Position numbers and translations under genes: made by a program. Below the pieces are notes generated by a model. It was not told the origin of the DNA. It did not search any database and saw nothing but the letters and a program-made list of their open reading frames with translations. A stretch of DNA of 64,000 nt from an uncultured Planctomycetota bacterium (GTDB lineage: Bacteria; Planctomycetota; Planctomycetia; Isosphaerales; Isosphaeraceae), in the NCBI GenBank assembly GCA_963737655.1, contig CAVTTN010000002.1, positions 2,304,001-2,368,000 on the forward strand, read 5' to 3'. This document shows positions 38,258 to 47,638 of the stretch, piece after piece (the first letter of the stretch is position 1; every line of letters begins with the position of its first letter).

Positions 38258-38304
38258 GTAGGGTGCATGAAATGCACCATCATGTAGGGTGCATGAAATG
38301 CACC
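38258..38304. repeat. Family D REP tandem pair between ruvA and ruvB
   Basis: GTAGGGTGCATGAAATGCACC at 38258 and 38284 (26-bp period). Confidence 0.92.
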
Positions 38305-38367
38305 AACCAGCGGCGGGCCTCGCCCGCCCACCTCATCCTCTCCTCCGCACTCCGCACTCCGAGGCAC

Positions 38368-39018
38368 TCAACCCTCATCCCGAGTCTTGTAGATTGCATC
38401 GATCAGGTCGGCCACGCTCTTGTACTTCTTCTTGCCGGTCAGGGCGCGGTCGATGGCCTGCCTCGCCTGGCTCTCGTTGTGACCGACCGAGAGCAACGCG
38501 GCGAACGTGTCGCGGATCACGTCGGGCTCGGCGTTCTCGGGCTCGCCGTTGGTCGCGACGGGGTGGCGCTCGCCGTCGGCCCCGACGATCAGGGCGAATT
38601 TGCCGACCTTCCTCCTCAGCTTCGCCACGATCCGTTCGGCCGTGGCCTCGCCGATCCCGGGATACGTGGCCAGCGTGGTGACGTCCTGGTCCTGGACCGT
38701 CCTCGCCAGCTCGCGGACCGGCCGGACCATCGCGCGCAGCGCCTTGCGGACCCCCACGCCATCCACCGAGCAGAACACCTCGAAGAACTCGCGGTCGATC
38801 GGCGAGAGGAAGCCCACCAGCCTCGGCGTCATCCGCCCGCCCATCTGGTTCCCGTCGATGTAGAAGACCGTGTGGAGCACGATCATCTCGCCGAGCTTGC
38901 CTTGCAGGTGCCGCCTCGCCTGCTCGGGGATCAGCACCTCGACGTCGAACGGATCGACGGCCAGGATCAACTCCTCCTCGCCCACGCTCCGCAATACCCC
39001 GCGAACTTGTGAGATCAC
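38368..39018 (-). CDS. ruvA: Holliday junction branch migration protein RuvA
   Basis: GTG start MISQVRG; HhH motifs VDGVGVRKA and YPGIGEATAERI; C-terminal ALLSVG domain; adjacent to ruvB. Confidence 0.92.
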   Translation of the reverse strand: MISQVRGVLRSVGEEELILAVDPFDVEVLIPEQARRHLQGKLGEMIVLHTVFYIDGNQMGGRMTPRLVGFLSPIDREFFEVFCSVDGVGVRKALRAMVRPVRELARTVQDQDVTTLATYPGIGEATAERIVAKLRRKVGKFALIVGADGERHPVATNGEPENAEPDVIRDTFAALLSVGHNESQARQAIDRALTGKKKYKSVADLIDAIYKTRDEG

Positions 39019-39070
39019 CCTCGTGCGCTCCGTCCGGGTCGATCGGGCTCGACTGGTGTTTTGTTCATCA

Positions 39071-39099
39071 ATTGTGCCAGGAGTTCCGCCTCGTGGCAA
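39071..39099 (-). promoter_or_regulatory. Candidate sigma70 promoter for ruvAB
   Basis: TTGCCA-17 bp-CACAAT on the minus strand, ~50 bp upstream of ruvA. Confidence 0.45.
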
Positions 39100-40042
39100 G
39101 GGGGGTTCGCGACCTCCGTGGATTATGACGCGATCGAGCGGAAGGGCCATCCCAAGTGGTTTCGGAATGGCCGAGGGCCCTCCGAAGGGGGCGCCGGATC
39201 GAGGGCCGTGAGCCGGTGCGATGGCCCCTCGCCGTATCGTCGACGAAGCCTCGCCGAAAGCCTCCGCATTCCCCGGCGGATTCGACCCGCCGTTCGAGAT
39301 CGACCCGAACGGGGCTCGCCGTTGGGCTGGCCTCGCCGGAACGGGAGGCGGGCTTCGGCAAGACTTCGAGCATGACTCCGGGACGGCTCGATGGCGAACT
39401 CATCACGTAGCAACGTGCGACGAAGATCGAGCCCCAGCCGTTGACGACGACGACCGAGGGCGCTCGTCTCGTCCCCGATGATCGACTCGCCTTCGCTCGA
39501 CGCGACGAAGCTTGCGACGACGGCGCGGACGTCCTCGCGGACCTCGATGCGCGGAAGCCACGGGGCTCGTCGGGCAGTCTGTTTTCCTTCGGGGCCATCC
39601 GCCCTCGCGATGGGGCGAGCTTTGACGGCGCGAGCCTCCGCGCGAGGCCTCGTGTCTTCGAAAAAAACTTCGTGTGCGCGAGTTTTTTTCTCGCGCCCGA
39701 GATCGTGATGAGGCGCTCGCGAGATCGCGCGCGAAAGCGCGACGGCAGGGCGCGACGTGCGCGCTTCGACGCGGCGCATTCCCACTGTTTTTCGCTGTTC
39801 GTCGCGCTTCGATTAGTAAAATTGTATGAAATGACGTGGGAATTCGAAGGATTCCTTGGTGCGATCAGATTCGGAATTGACCGATGAGAGAGGCCATTTT
39901 CCGCATGAAAACCGAAAAAATCGGGGGATTCCGACCCGTCTTGATCTTCCCTACGGTGATATATTTCGCTAAGAACTCCTGGCGAGATCGACAACTTGGT
40001 GTCGATCGGCTGGAGTGTCTCCTGGATTGAGGGCCTGAAGCG

Positions 40043-40525
40043 ATGGCGGCGAAGAAGGCGAGCGAGAGCACCAAGGACGCGGCGACGACAACCAAGGCCG
40101 GCACCAAGAAGGCCGGGGTGAAGAAGACGCCCGTGAAGAAGGCGACGAAGGCCAAGGCCGAGACCGCCACGAAGTCGGGCACGCCGAAGGCGGCCAAGAA
40201 GCCCGCCGCCAAGGCCGCGGCGCCGGCCGCGGCGCCGGCCCCCAAGAAGGCGGCGGCGGCGAAGAAGGCGCCCGTCAAGCTCAACGACCGGCAGCTCGAG
40301 TTCCTCAAGAAGATCAAGGACTCGGGCGAGGCCGGCTACTCGATCGGTCAGAAGGTCGAGCAGCGCACGATCGAGGCGCTTCAGGATCGCAAGCTCCTGA
40401 AGAAGGGCCCGAAGAACAAGGAGACCGGCAAGCACCACTACATGCTCACCAAGGCCGGCGAGAAGCACCTCACCACCTCCGGCACGCCCGAGGGCGGCGC
40501 CGGCTCGACCACCACCGGCGCCTGA
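40043..40525 (+). CDS. Histone H1-like Lys/Ala-rich protein with a C-terminal winged-helix-like domain
   Basis: ~78-aa K/A/T/P tail (KAAKKPAAK, PKKAAAAKKAP), then LNDRQLEFLKKI...TIEALQDRKLL...YMLTKAGEKHL. Confidence 0.85.
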   Translation: MAAKKASESTKDAATTTKAGTKKAGVKKTPVKKATKAKAETATKSGTPKAAKKPAAKAAAPAAAPAPKKAAAAKKAPVKLNDRQLEFLKKIKDSGEAGYSIGQKVEQRTIEALQDRKLLKKGPKNKETGKHHYMLTKAGEKHLTTSGTPEGGAGSTTTGA

Positions 40526-40602
40526 GCCGGTCGCTCGCTCGCCCGCCGTCGGGCGCGATCTTCCCTCCTCATCCGACCGATCGATCCTTCCTCCAACCCT
40601 CG

Positions 40603-40636
40603 CCGCCCCGCCCGGGGCCAATCCCGGGCGGGGCGG
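40603..40636. terminator. GC-rich hairpin between convergent genes
   Basis: CCGCCCCGCCCGGG-GCCAAT-CCCGGGCGGGGCGG, perfect 14-bp stem, no U-tract. Confidence 0.5.
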
Positions 40637-40661
40637 GTCCGTTGGCTCGGCCCGGCTCCGA

Positions 40662-41726
40662 TCACTCGACCAGCGCCTCGTCATACAGCGACGCGCACTC
40701 GACCAGGCGGGCCGAGTCGCCGTCGTGGACGGCCATCTTGGCGCCGGCCCAGAGGCTGGCCCCGGCGAACCGGCCGTCCTTCGCCACGCAGTAGAACTTC
40801 ACGTCGAAGTTCGGCCGCCCCTTGGCGTCCTGGAGCCTCGGCGTCTTGTTCGTGGCGACGATCCGCCGGCACGCCTCGATCGTCGCGTCCTTCGGCGACA
40901 TCCCTCGCCTCAGCGCCTCGACGATCGTGTGGCTCGACAGGTTCAGCAAGTTCGCCTCGCCCCGGCCGGTCGATCCGGCGGAGCCGACGGTGTTGTCCAG
41001 GAACAGCCCGGCGCCCAGGATCGGCGAATCGCCCACCCGGCCGGGGATCTTGTAATAGAGGCCGCTCGTGGTGGTCACGCAGCCGAGGTCGCCGTGGGTA
41101 TCGAGCGCCGAGAGATGGATCGTCCCGTGCTCTCGGACGTACTTCTCCCCGAAGAATTTCCGGACCGCGGGGTCGAGCTCGTCGGCCGGGGGCGGGATGC
41201 GATCGTCGTCCTTGCTGTTGGTCTCCTTCCAGTAGAGCCAGATCTTGCGGGCCTCGTCGGTCAGCAGGTCGATCTCGGGGAAGCCGTGCATCCTGGCGAA
41301 CTTCAGGGCGCCCTCGCCGACGAGGAGGCAATGGTCGGTCCTCTTCATCACGAGCCTGGCCACGGCGGCGGGGTGCATGATGTTGCGGAGCGAGGCCACG
41401 GCGCCCCCTCCGTGGGTCGGCCCGTGCATCACGGCGGAGTCGAGCTCGACGACGCCGTCTTCGTTGGGGATGCCGCCGTAGCCGACGGTGTGATCGCTCG
41501 GGTCGGCCTCGACGATGGCGACGCCCGCGACGGCGGCGTCGGTGGGGTCGGCGCCGGCCTTGAGGAGCTCCATCGCCTTGGTCACGGCGGCCAGGCCGTT
41601 GGCGCTGGACACGGCCACGGGGCGCTTGGCGCCCACATCCTTCTGCGGGGCGGCCCCCAGGGCCGTCGAGGCGAGACTCGCGGCGGAGAGGCTCAGGAAG
41701 TCGCGACGATTCAAGGGGTCCAGCAT
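40662..41726 (-). CDS. N(4)-(beta-N-acetylglucosaminyl)-L-asparaginase family Ntn-hydrolase, Tat-exported
   Basis: RRDFL Tat motif; VGYGGIPN, ELDSAVMHG, nucleophile HG-TIH, TTTSG, GRVGDSPILGAG, STGRGE. Confidence 0.92.
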   Translation of the reverse strand: MLDPLNRRDFLSLSAASLASTALGAAPQKDVGAKRPVAVSSANGLAAVTKAMELLKAGADPTDAAVAGVAIVEADPSDHTVGYGGIPNEDGVVELDSAVMHGPTHGGGAVASLRNIMHPAAVARLVMKRTDHCLLVGEGALKFARMHGFPEIDLLTDEARKIWLYWKETNSKDDDRIPPPADELDPAVRKFFGEKYVREHGTIHLSALDTHGDLGCVTTTSGLYYKIPGRVGDSPILGAGLFLDNTVGSAGSTGRGEANLLNLSSHTIVEALRRGMSPKDATIEACRRIVATNKTPRLQDAKGRPNFDVKFYCVAKDGRFAGASLWAGAKMAVHDGDSARLVECASLYDEALVE

Positions 41727-41786
41727 CGGGCGAGGGCCTTCGGGTCTCGGGGCGGAGGTTGGGCTCGGACGGTGCTCGAAGATACC

Positions 41787-41893
41787 GTGGGCAGAAAGCA
41801 GTGGGCAGTGGGCAGTGAGCAGTGAGCGGTGAAGAGGAAGCCGACGGCCCGCCGTTCGTCCCTTCTGCCCACTGCTCACTGCCCACTGCTTTC
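41787..41893. repeat. Inverted arrays of heptamer repeats (CAGTGGG/CAGTGAG)
   Basis: GAAAGCAGTGGGCAGTGGGCAGTGAGCAGTGAG on the left; CTGCCCACTGCTCACTGCCCACTGCTTTC on the right. Confidence 0.85.
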
Positions 41894-42030
41894 GGCCCCA
41901 GGCTGGCCTTGGCAATCCTGGGTCGAGCGAGTAGAGTGCCGCGCCTCTTGTCCTCGCACCTCCTCGCGAACCGTTCGGTTTGTCGTCACTTCTCTATCGG
42001 CCGCCGATCGCGGCGCGGGGCGGTACGCTC

Positions 42031-42706
42031 ATGAGAGGCGGAAACACGAGGATTCGGCAGAGGGCCCGGGTCGTCCTGGCGGGGGCATTGCTCGGCTGCT
42101 CGAGCCCGGTCGGGACGACCTCGACGAGCATGCTCAAGAAGATCCACGACACGAACGACCCGAACATCCGCCACCTCGCCTACGCGAAGCTGGCCTCGCC
42201 CCGGGCGTATGACACCGAGGAGCAGAAGGCCGAAGCCGCGAAGGTCCTGGCCGATCGCCTGGCGGGCGGCCAGGAGCCGGTGGCCAGCCGCGCGGTGATC
42301 TGCCAGACCCTGGGCGAGCTGCGACGGCCCGAAGGGCGAGAGGCCCTCCTCCTGCGCCTCCAGCGATGCCGAGCCGATCGTCCGCGCCTCGGCCTGCCAT
42401 GCTCTCGGGCGGATCGGCCACGCCGAGGACGCCCTGATCCTCGCCCGGATCATGGCCGCCGACCCGGTCCGCGATACCCAGATCGCCGCCATCGAGGCGC
42501 TCGGCGAGATCAAGTCGCCCGACCCGCGGATCGACTCGGTCTTGCTCGACGGGATGGAGGACAAGGACGCCGCCATCCGCCTCGCCTCGCTCGAAGCCCT
42601 CCGCGCCACCACCGGGCAGGACATGGGCCGCGACCCGGCCGAGTGGAAGAAGCTGGTCGAGGCCCGCGCCAAGATCGCCGCCAAGGCCGAATCGACCAAA
42701 CGCTGA
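42031..42706 (+). CDS. HEAT-repeat lipoprotein, frameshifted near 42350
   Basis: Lipobox LLGC; CQTLGEL...EALL continues in the +1 frame as ASSDAEPIVRASACHALGRIG...AAIEALGEI...IRLASLEAL; span 676 nt (3n+1). Confidence 0.8.
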
Positions 42707-42783
42707 GCCCGCTTCCTTCGGGCCGATCGCACCGCGATAATGCTTCGCGACTCGAACCCGCGAGGCCCGAAGCGATCCCTCCC

Positions 42784-45471
42784 GTGACACTCGCGACCAC
42801 CGCCCCCCAGATCGATTCGGCCGAGGCGTACCAGGCGCTCCTGGCCCGAGTGGGCCGCAAGAGCCCGAAAATCCCGGCCGATCTGCTCGCCCGCCACGTC
42901 CTGAGGCTCGCCCCTCCCGAGGAATGGCCGGTGCGGCTGGAGGCGATGGAAGCCCTGCTCCGCCGGCTCGACGGCGTGAAGAAGGACGGCCTCCGGCTCG
43001 ACGCCCGACCCGGGAAAACGACCCTCGGCCTCTACACGACCCGACGCGCCAGGGCCGGCACTCGCCCGTATCGGACCCGGATCGACGGCCTCGACCCGAT
43101 CGTCTGCTCGTGCGACTGCCCCGACTTCCTCAAGAGCTCGCTGGGCGTCTGCAAGCACGGGTTCGCCGTCCTGGAACACCTCTGGGCGAAGCCCCAGCTC
43201 CTCCGGAGGGCGACGAGGGAGGCGGCCGACCGACCGCCTCGCCCCGGATTGCACTGGGGGCCGATCCGCCCGTTGACCGGGCCCGGCGATTGGCTGATCC
43301 GCGTGTTCCTGATCCGGCCCGAAGACGCCGGACGGCCGCGATCGGCGCGCGAGGTCCGCTTGCTCGGCTGGTTCCGCGGAGGCCCCGAGGAGTTCGTCCT
43401 CCGCAACGCCTTCCCGGGCCAGGACGCCAAACGCCTCGCGCTGGTCGAGGACCTGCTGAAGGCCGTCGAGCCTCGAAGGCGACGACGCCGACCCCGCGCT
43501 CTGCGCCCTGCTCGCGACCGAGCGCGACCTCCTGCGATGGCGGTCGAAGGCGTCGCTCTCGGCCTCGGAGCTCCGCCCCCTGCTCAAGGGCCTCAAGAGG
43601 CCGCTGTACCCCTATCAGAAGGAAGGCGTGGGCCGGTTCCTGGCCACGGGACGCCTCTTGCTGGCCGACGACATGGGCCTGGGCAAGACGACCCAGGCCG
43701 TCGCGTGCTGCGACCTCTTGTGGCGGAGCCGCCGGGTCCGTCGCGGCCTGATCATCGCTCCGGCGAGCCTCAAGCCGCAGTGGGAACGCGAGTGGATGAC
43801 GGTCTCGGACCTGCCCGTCCTGGTCGTCGAGGGCACGCCCGCCGAGCGGCAGGCCGTCTACCAGACGCGCAAGGCCGGCCTGTTCATCATCAATTATGAG
43901 CAGCTCCTTCGAGACCTCGACGCCATCCGCCGATGGGCCCCCGATCTCGTCGTTTTGGACGAGGCGCAGAGGATCAAGAACTGGGCGACGAAGACGGCCC
44001 TGTCGGTCAAGGGCCTCTCGCCGCCGTATCGCCTCGTCCTGACCGGGACGCCGATGGAGAACCGGATCGAAGAATTGGCGTCCGTGGTCGAGTGGGTCGA
44101 TGACATGGCGCTGGAGCCGAAATGGCGGCTCGGGCCGTTCCACTCGGTGCGATCGGACGGCCGGGCGGAGATCACCGGGGTCCGCCACCTGGACACCCTC
44201 CGCGACCGCCTCAAGGGCTGCATGCTCCGTCGGGTCCGGCAGGACGTCCTCGATCAGCTCCCGCCGAGGACCGACATCCGCGTGCCCGTCGAGCTCACGC
44301 CCCCGCAGAGGGAGGAGCACGACGCCCTGATCCAGCCGATTGCCTCGCTCGTCCAGAGGTCCAAGGCGCGCCCGCTCACCCAGGTCGAGTTCCTGCGATT
44401 GATGAGCCTGCTGACGGCGCAGAGGATCATCTCCAACGGCCTGGCGCAGCTCCGGTTCGATGAGGTCTGGCCGTCGATCCGCACGCTGAGGCCGGACGAG
44501 AACGTGCTGCTCGGCCTCTGCTCGCCGAAGCTGGGGGAGCTGCGTCAACTCGTCCGCAACGTGGTCCTCGAACAGGGCCGGAAGGTCGTGATCTTCAGCC
44601 AGTGGCGGCGGATGCTCACGCTGGCCCACTGGGCGATCGGCGACCTCCTGGCCGAGAACGGCCTCCGCGCCGGCTTCTTCACCGGGGCGGAGGGGCAGAA
44701 GCGGCGGACCCAGAACATCGTCGAGTTCCACGACGACCCGAGCTTCCGCGTCCTCCTCGCCAGCGACGCCGGAGGGGTCGGCCTGAACCTCCAGCACGCC
44801 GCGAACTGCGTGGTCAACCTGGAATTGCCGTGGAACCCGGCCGTCCTGGAACAGCGGATCGGCCGGATCTACCGATTGGGCCAGTCCCAGCCGATCGACG
44901 TCTTCAACCTCGTCTGCGAGGAGGGGATCGAGTCGCGGATCGCCGACCTCGTGGGGTCGAAGCAGGCATTCTTCAAGGGCCTGTTCGACGGCGACTCCGA
45001 GAGCGTCCAGTTCGAGCAATCCGGGTCGTTCCTCTCGCGGGTCGAGAAGATCTACGACCCCTCGACGCTCCAGGCCCTCGGCGAGACGGACCCGGACGAG
45101 GAGCTCGCGACGATCGACGAGGACGACCTCCTGGACGACGTGGCCGACCCGTTCGAGGAGATCCTGGAAGAGGCCGACGCCTCGCGAGACGGCGCCCGGC
45201 GCTGCCCTCGCCCTCGCCCGGGCGCGAGGCGGAGGCCGTCGCGCCGCCGGTCGTCGCGCCGCCGGTCGTCGAGCCGGGGAACCTCGGGCCGCCCGCATCG
45301 CAGCAGCCGGGCGACGGGGTCCGCGGCCTGTTCTCGCGGCTCCGGGTGAAGCGGGAAGCCGACGGCCGGGTCGTGATCGAGGCCCCGCCCGAGGCCGCCT
45401 CCGACCTCGCCGCCCTGTTCGAGGGGATGGCGGCCCTGATGCAATCGGTGGCGAAACCGTCGGGCGCCTGA
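42784..45471 (+). CDS. SWIM zinc finger + SNF2-family ATPase, split by two frameshifts (~43470 and ~45195)
   Basis: CSCDCPDF-x6-CKH; LYPYQKEGV, LADDMGLGKT, LDEAQRIKN, LTGTPMEN, KVVIFSQW, GGVGLNLQ, PWNPAVLEQRIGR; C-terminal RVVIEAPPEAA segment in another frame. Confidence 0.88.
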
Positions 45472-45583
45472 AATGCGGCCGTCGCCGTGAGGATACAATG
45501 GTCGGGTCGTCGCGAACCCGGGCTGAGTCCGTCGTGTCGAGAGCCGGCACGGAGGGCCCGGCCCGCCCGCCTCGTGAGGGGTC

Positions 45584-47620
45584 ATGGATACGCACACGCT
45601 CGAATTGCTCGATTTCGACAAGATCCGCGGCCTGGTCGCCGGATATGCGGCCTGCTCGCTCGGCAAGGACGGCGCCCGGGCGATGGAGCCGCTCACGGAG
45701 ATCGGCGCCATCCGCGCCCGCCAGGCCCTGACGACCGAGATGGCCGAGGCGCTCTCCTCCGGCCTGACCCCGCCCTTCGGCGGCCTCCACGACATCCGCA
45801 ACGACGTCCGCCGGGCCGCCACCGGCGCCATGCTCCTGGCCGAAGAGCTCGCCGAGGTCGTCGAGGTCCTCAAGGCGATCGCGAACCTCGACCGATGGCT
45901 CGCCCGGGTCGGCGACGAGTTCCCCCGCCTCGGCGCGATGAAGGCGGGCGTGGGCGAGTTCTCGGGCGTGGCCAACGCGATCGAGGGCTGCCTCGACGAT
46001 CGCGGCAACGTCCTGGACACCGCCAGCCGCAAGCTCTCGGCCCTTCGCCGGGAGGTCGGCGCGGCCGAGGGACGCATCCAGGAAACCCTGCGCCGGATGC
46101 TCCGGTCCGAGGCCATCAAGCGCATCCTCCGCTACCCGAATTTCACGATGGTCGGCCATCACTACGTCCTGCCGATCGCCAAGGAGCATCGCGGCGAGAT
46201 CCAGGGCTCGGTCCATCGCACCAGCGCCAGCAACGAGACCGTCTTCGTCGAGCCCCAGGCGATCGCCGAACAATCGGCGCAGCTCTCGTATCTTCGCGTG
46301 AAGGAACAGAAGGAAATCCGCCGGATCTTGCGATGGCTGAGCGCCCAGGTGGGGCAGGTCGCCGAATCCCTGCTCGCCACCCTCGAGATCCTCGCCGAGC
46401 TGGACCTGATCCACGCCCGGGGACGATACAGCCTCGATTTCCGGATGAGTCCGCCGGATTTCAACGAGGAAGGCCAGCTCCTCCTGCGGGGCGCCCGCCA
46501 CCCGATCCTCGAAAGCCTCTTTCGTGAAGAGATGAAGGCGCCGGCGGCCCCCGTCGCCGAGGGCGAGGAGCCTCCTCCGAAGCGGGAGCCGCGGACCGTC
46601 GTCCCGATCGACGTCCACCTCGGGTTCCGGTCGCGAATCCTCGTCGTGACCGGCCCGAACACCGGGGGGAAGACCGTGGCCTTGAAGACGGTGGGACTGC
46701 TGGCCGTGATGGCCCAGTCCGGACTCCACGTCCCGGCCGGCGAGGGGTCGAAGATGCCGGTCCTCGACGACGTCCTCGCGGACATCGGCGACGAGCAGAG
46801 CCTGGAACAGTCGCTCTCGACGTTCTCCTCGCACGTCAAGCGAGTCTCCGAGATCTTCTCCAAGGCGACCGAGAAATCCCTGGTGCTGATGGACGAGATG
46901 GGGGCCGGGACCGACCCGAACGAGGGGGCGGCCCTGGGCCGGGCGATCCTCGACGAGCTCGATTCGGTCGGCTGCCGGGCGATCGTCACCACCCACATCG
47001 GCGACCTGAAGACCTACGCCTTCACCAACCCCCGGGCCGAGAACGCGGCCGTCGAGTTCGACCTGGAGACCCTGCGGCCGAAATACCGGCTGATCATCGG
47101 CGACATCGGCCAGTCGAACGCCTTGCAGATCGCCCGGAGGCTGAACCTGCCCGAGCATCTCGTGGCTCGGGCGGCGAATTATCTGCAACAATCGAGGGGC
47201 GAGGAATCGCCCGAGTGGGCCATCTTGCAGAAGCTCCGCAAGGAGGCCGAGGACGCGAAAAAAGCCGCCCTCGACGCCCAGAGCGAGGCCGAGAAGACCC
47301 GCGAGGCGCTCGGCCAGAGGCTCGCCGACCTCCAGAAACAGACCGAGAACGACGCCAAGATCGACGAGGCCCGGGCCCGCCTCCAGCCCGGAGACCGCGT
47401 GGTCGTCCCCCGGTTCGGCTACGACCGTCCCGGCCGCGTGGTGAAGCTCGACCCGAGGAAGGGCATCGCCCAGGTCGCGATCAATCAAATGAAGTGGGAC
47501 GTCCCCATCGCCGAGCTGATCCCGCAGCTCGCCCGAGGGCCCGAGGCGCCGTCGCCGGCGAAAGCTCGTCCGGCGGCGAAGAATTTGCCTCGTCTGGAAG
47601 ACTTCGGCGACGAGGCGTAG
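45584..47620 (+). CDS. mutS2: MutS2-family ATPase ending in a KOW-like domain, no Smr domain
   Basis: LELLDF, TGPNTGGKT, DIGDEQSLEQSLSTFSSH, DEMGAGTDP, TTH, SNALQIARRL, QPGDRVVVP. Confidence 0.92.
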   Translation: MDTHTLELLDFDKIRGLVAGYAACSLGKDGARAMEPLTEIGAIRARQALTTEMAEALSSGLTPPFGGLHDIRNDVRRAATGAMLLAEELAEVVEVLKAIANLDRWLARVGDEFPRLGAMKAGVGEFSGVANAIEGCLDDRGNVLDTASRKLSALRREVGAAEGRIQETLRRMLRSEAIKRILRYPNFTMVGHHYVLPIAKEHRGEIQGSVHRTSASNETVFVEPQAIAEQSAQLSYLRVKEQKEIRRILRWLSAQVGQVAESLLATLEILAELDLIHARGRYSLDFRMSPPDFNEEGQLLLRGARHPILESLFREEMKAPAAPVAEGEEPPPKREPRTVVPIDVHLGFRSRILVVTGPNTGGKTVALKTVGLLAVMAQSGLHVPAGEGSKMPVLDDVLADIGDEQSLEQSLSTFSSHVKRVSEIFSKATEKSLVLMDEMGAGTDPNEGAALGRAILDELDSVGCRAIVTTHIGDLKTYAFTNPRAENAAVEFDLETLRPKYRLIIGDIGQSNALQIARRLNLPEHLVARAANYLQQSRGEESPEWAILQKLRKEAEDAKKAALDAQSEAEKTREALGQRLADLQKQTENDAKIDEARARLQPGDRVVVPRFGYDRPGRVVKLDPRKGIAQVAINQMKWDVPIAELIPQLARGPEAPSPAKARPAAKNLPRLEDFGDEA

Positions 47621-47638
47621 GGTCCGCTCTGGCGGACC
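47617..47638. repeat. Single family A REP overlapping the mutS2 stop codon
   Basis: GTAG-GGTCCGC-TCTG-GCGGACC; TAG 47618-47620 is the stop. Confidence 0.8.

Noticed and set aside
37016..38304. Possible CRISPR array from 21-bp palindromic direct repeats
   Set aside because: Only pairs, with 5-nt near-identical spacers, and no cas genes; these are REPs.
39123..39887. ORFs on both strands between ruvA and the histone-like gene
   Set aside because: Arg/Ala/Ser-rich translations with no motifs and no clear RBS.
41980..43899. Apparent 639-aa HEAT-SWIM fusion
   Set aside because: Artefact of two frameshifts joining the lipoprotein N-terminus to the SNF2 N-terminus through an off-frame segment.
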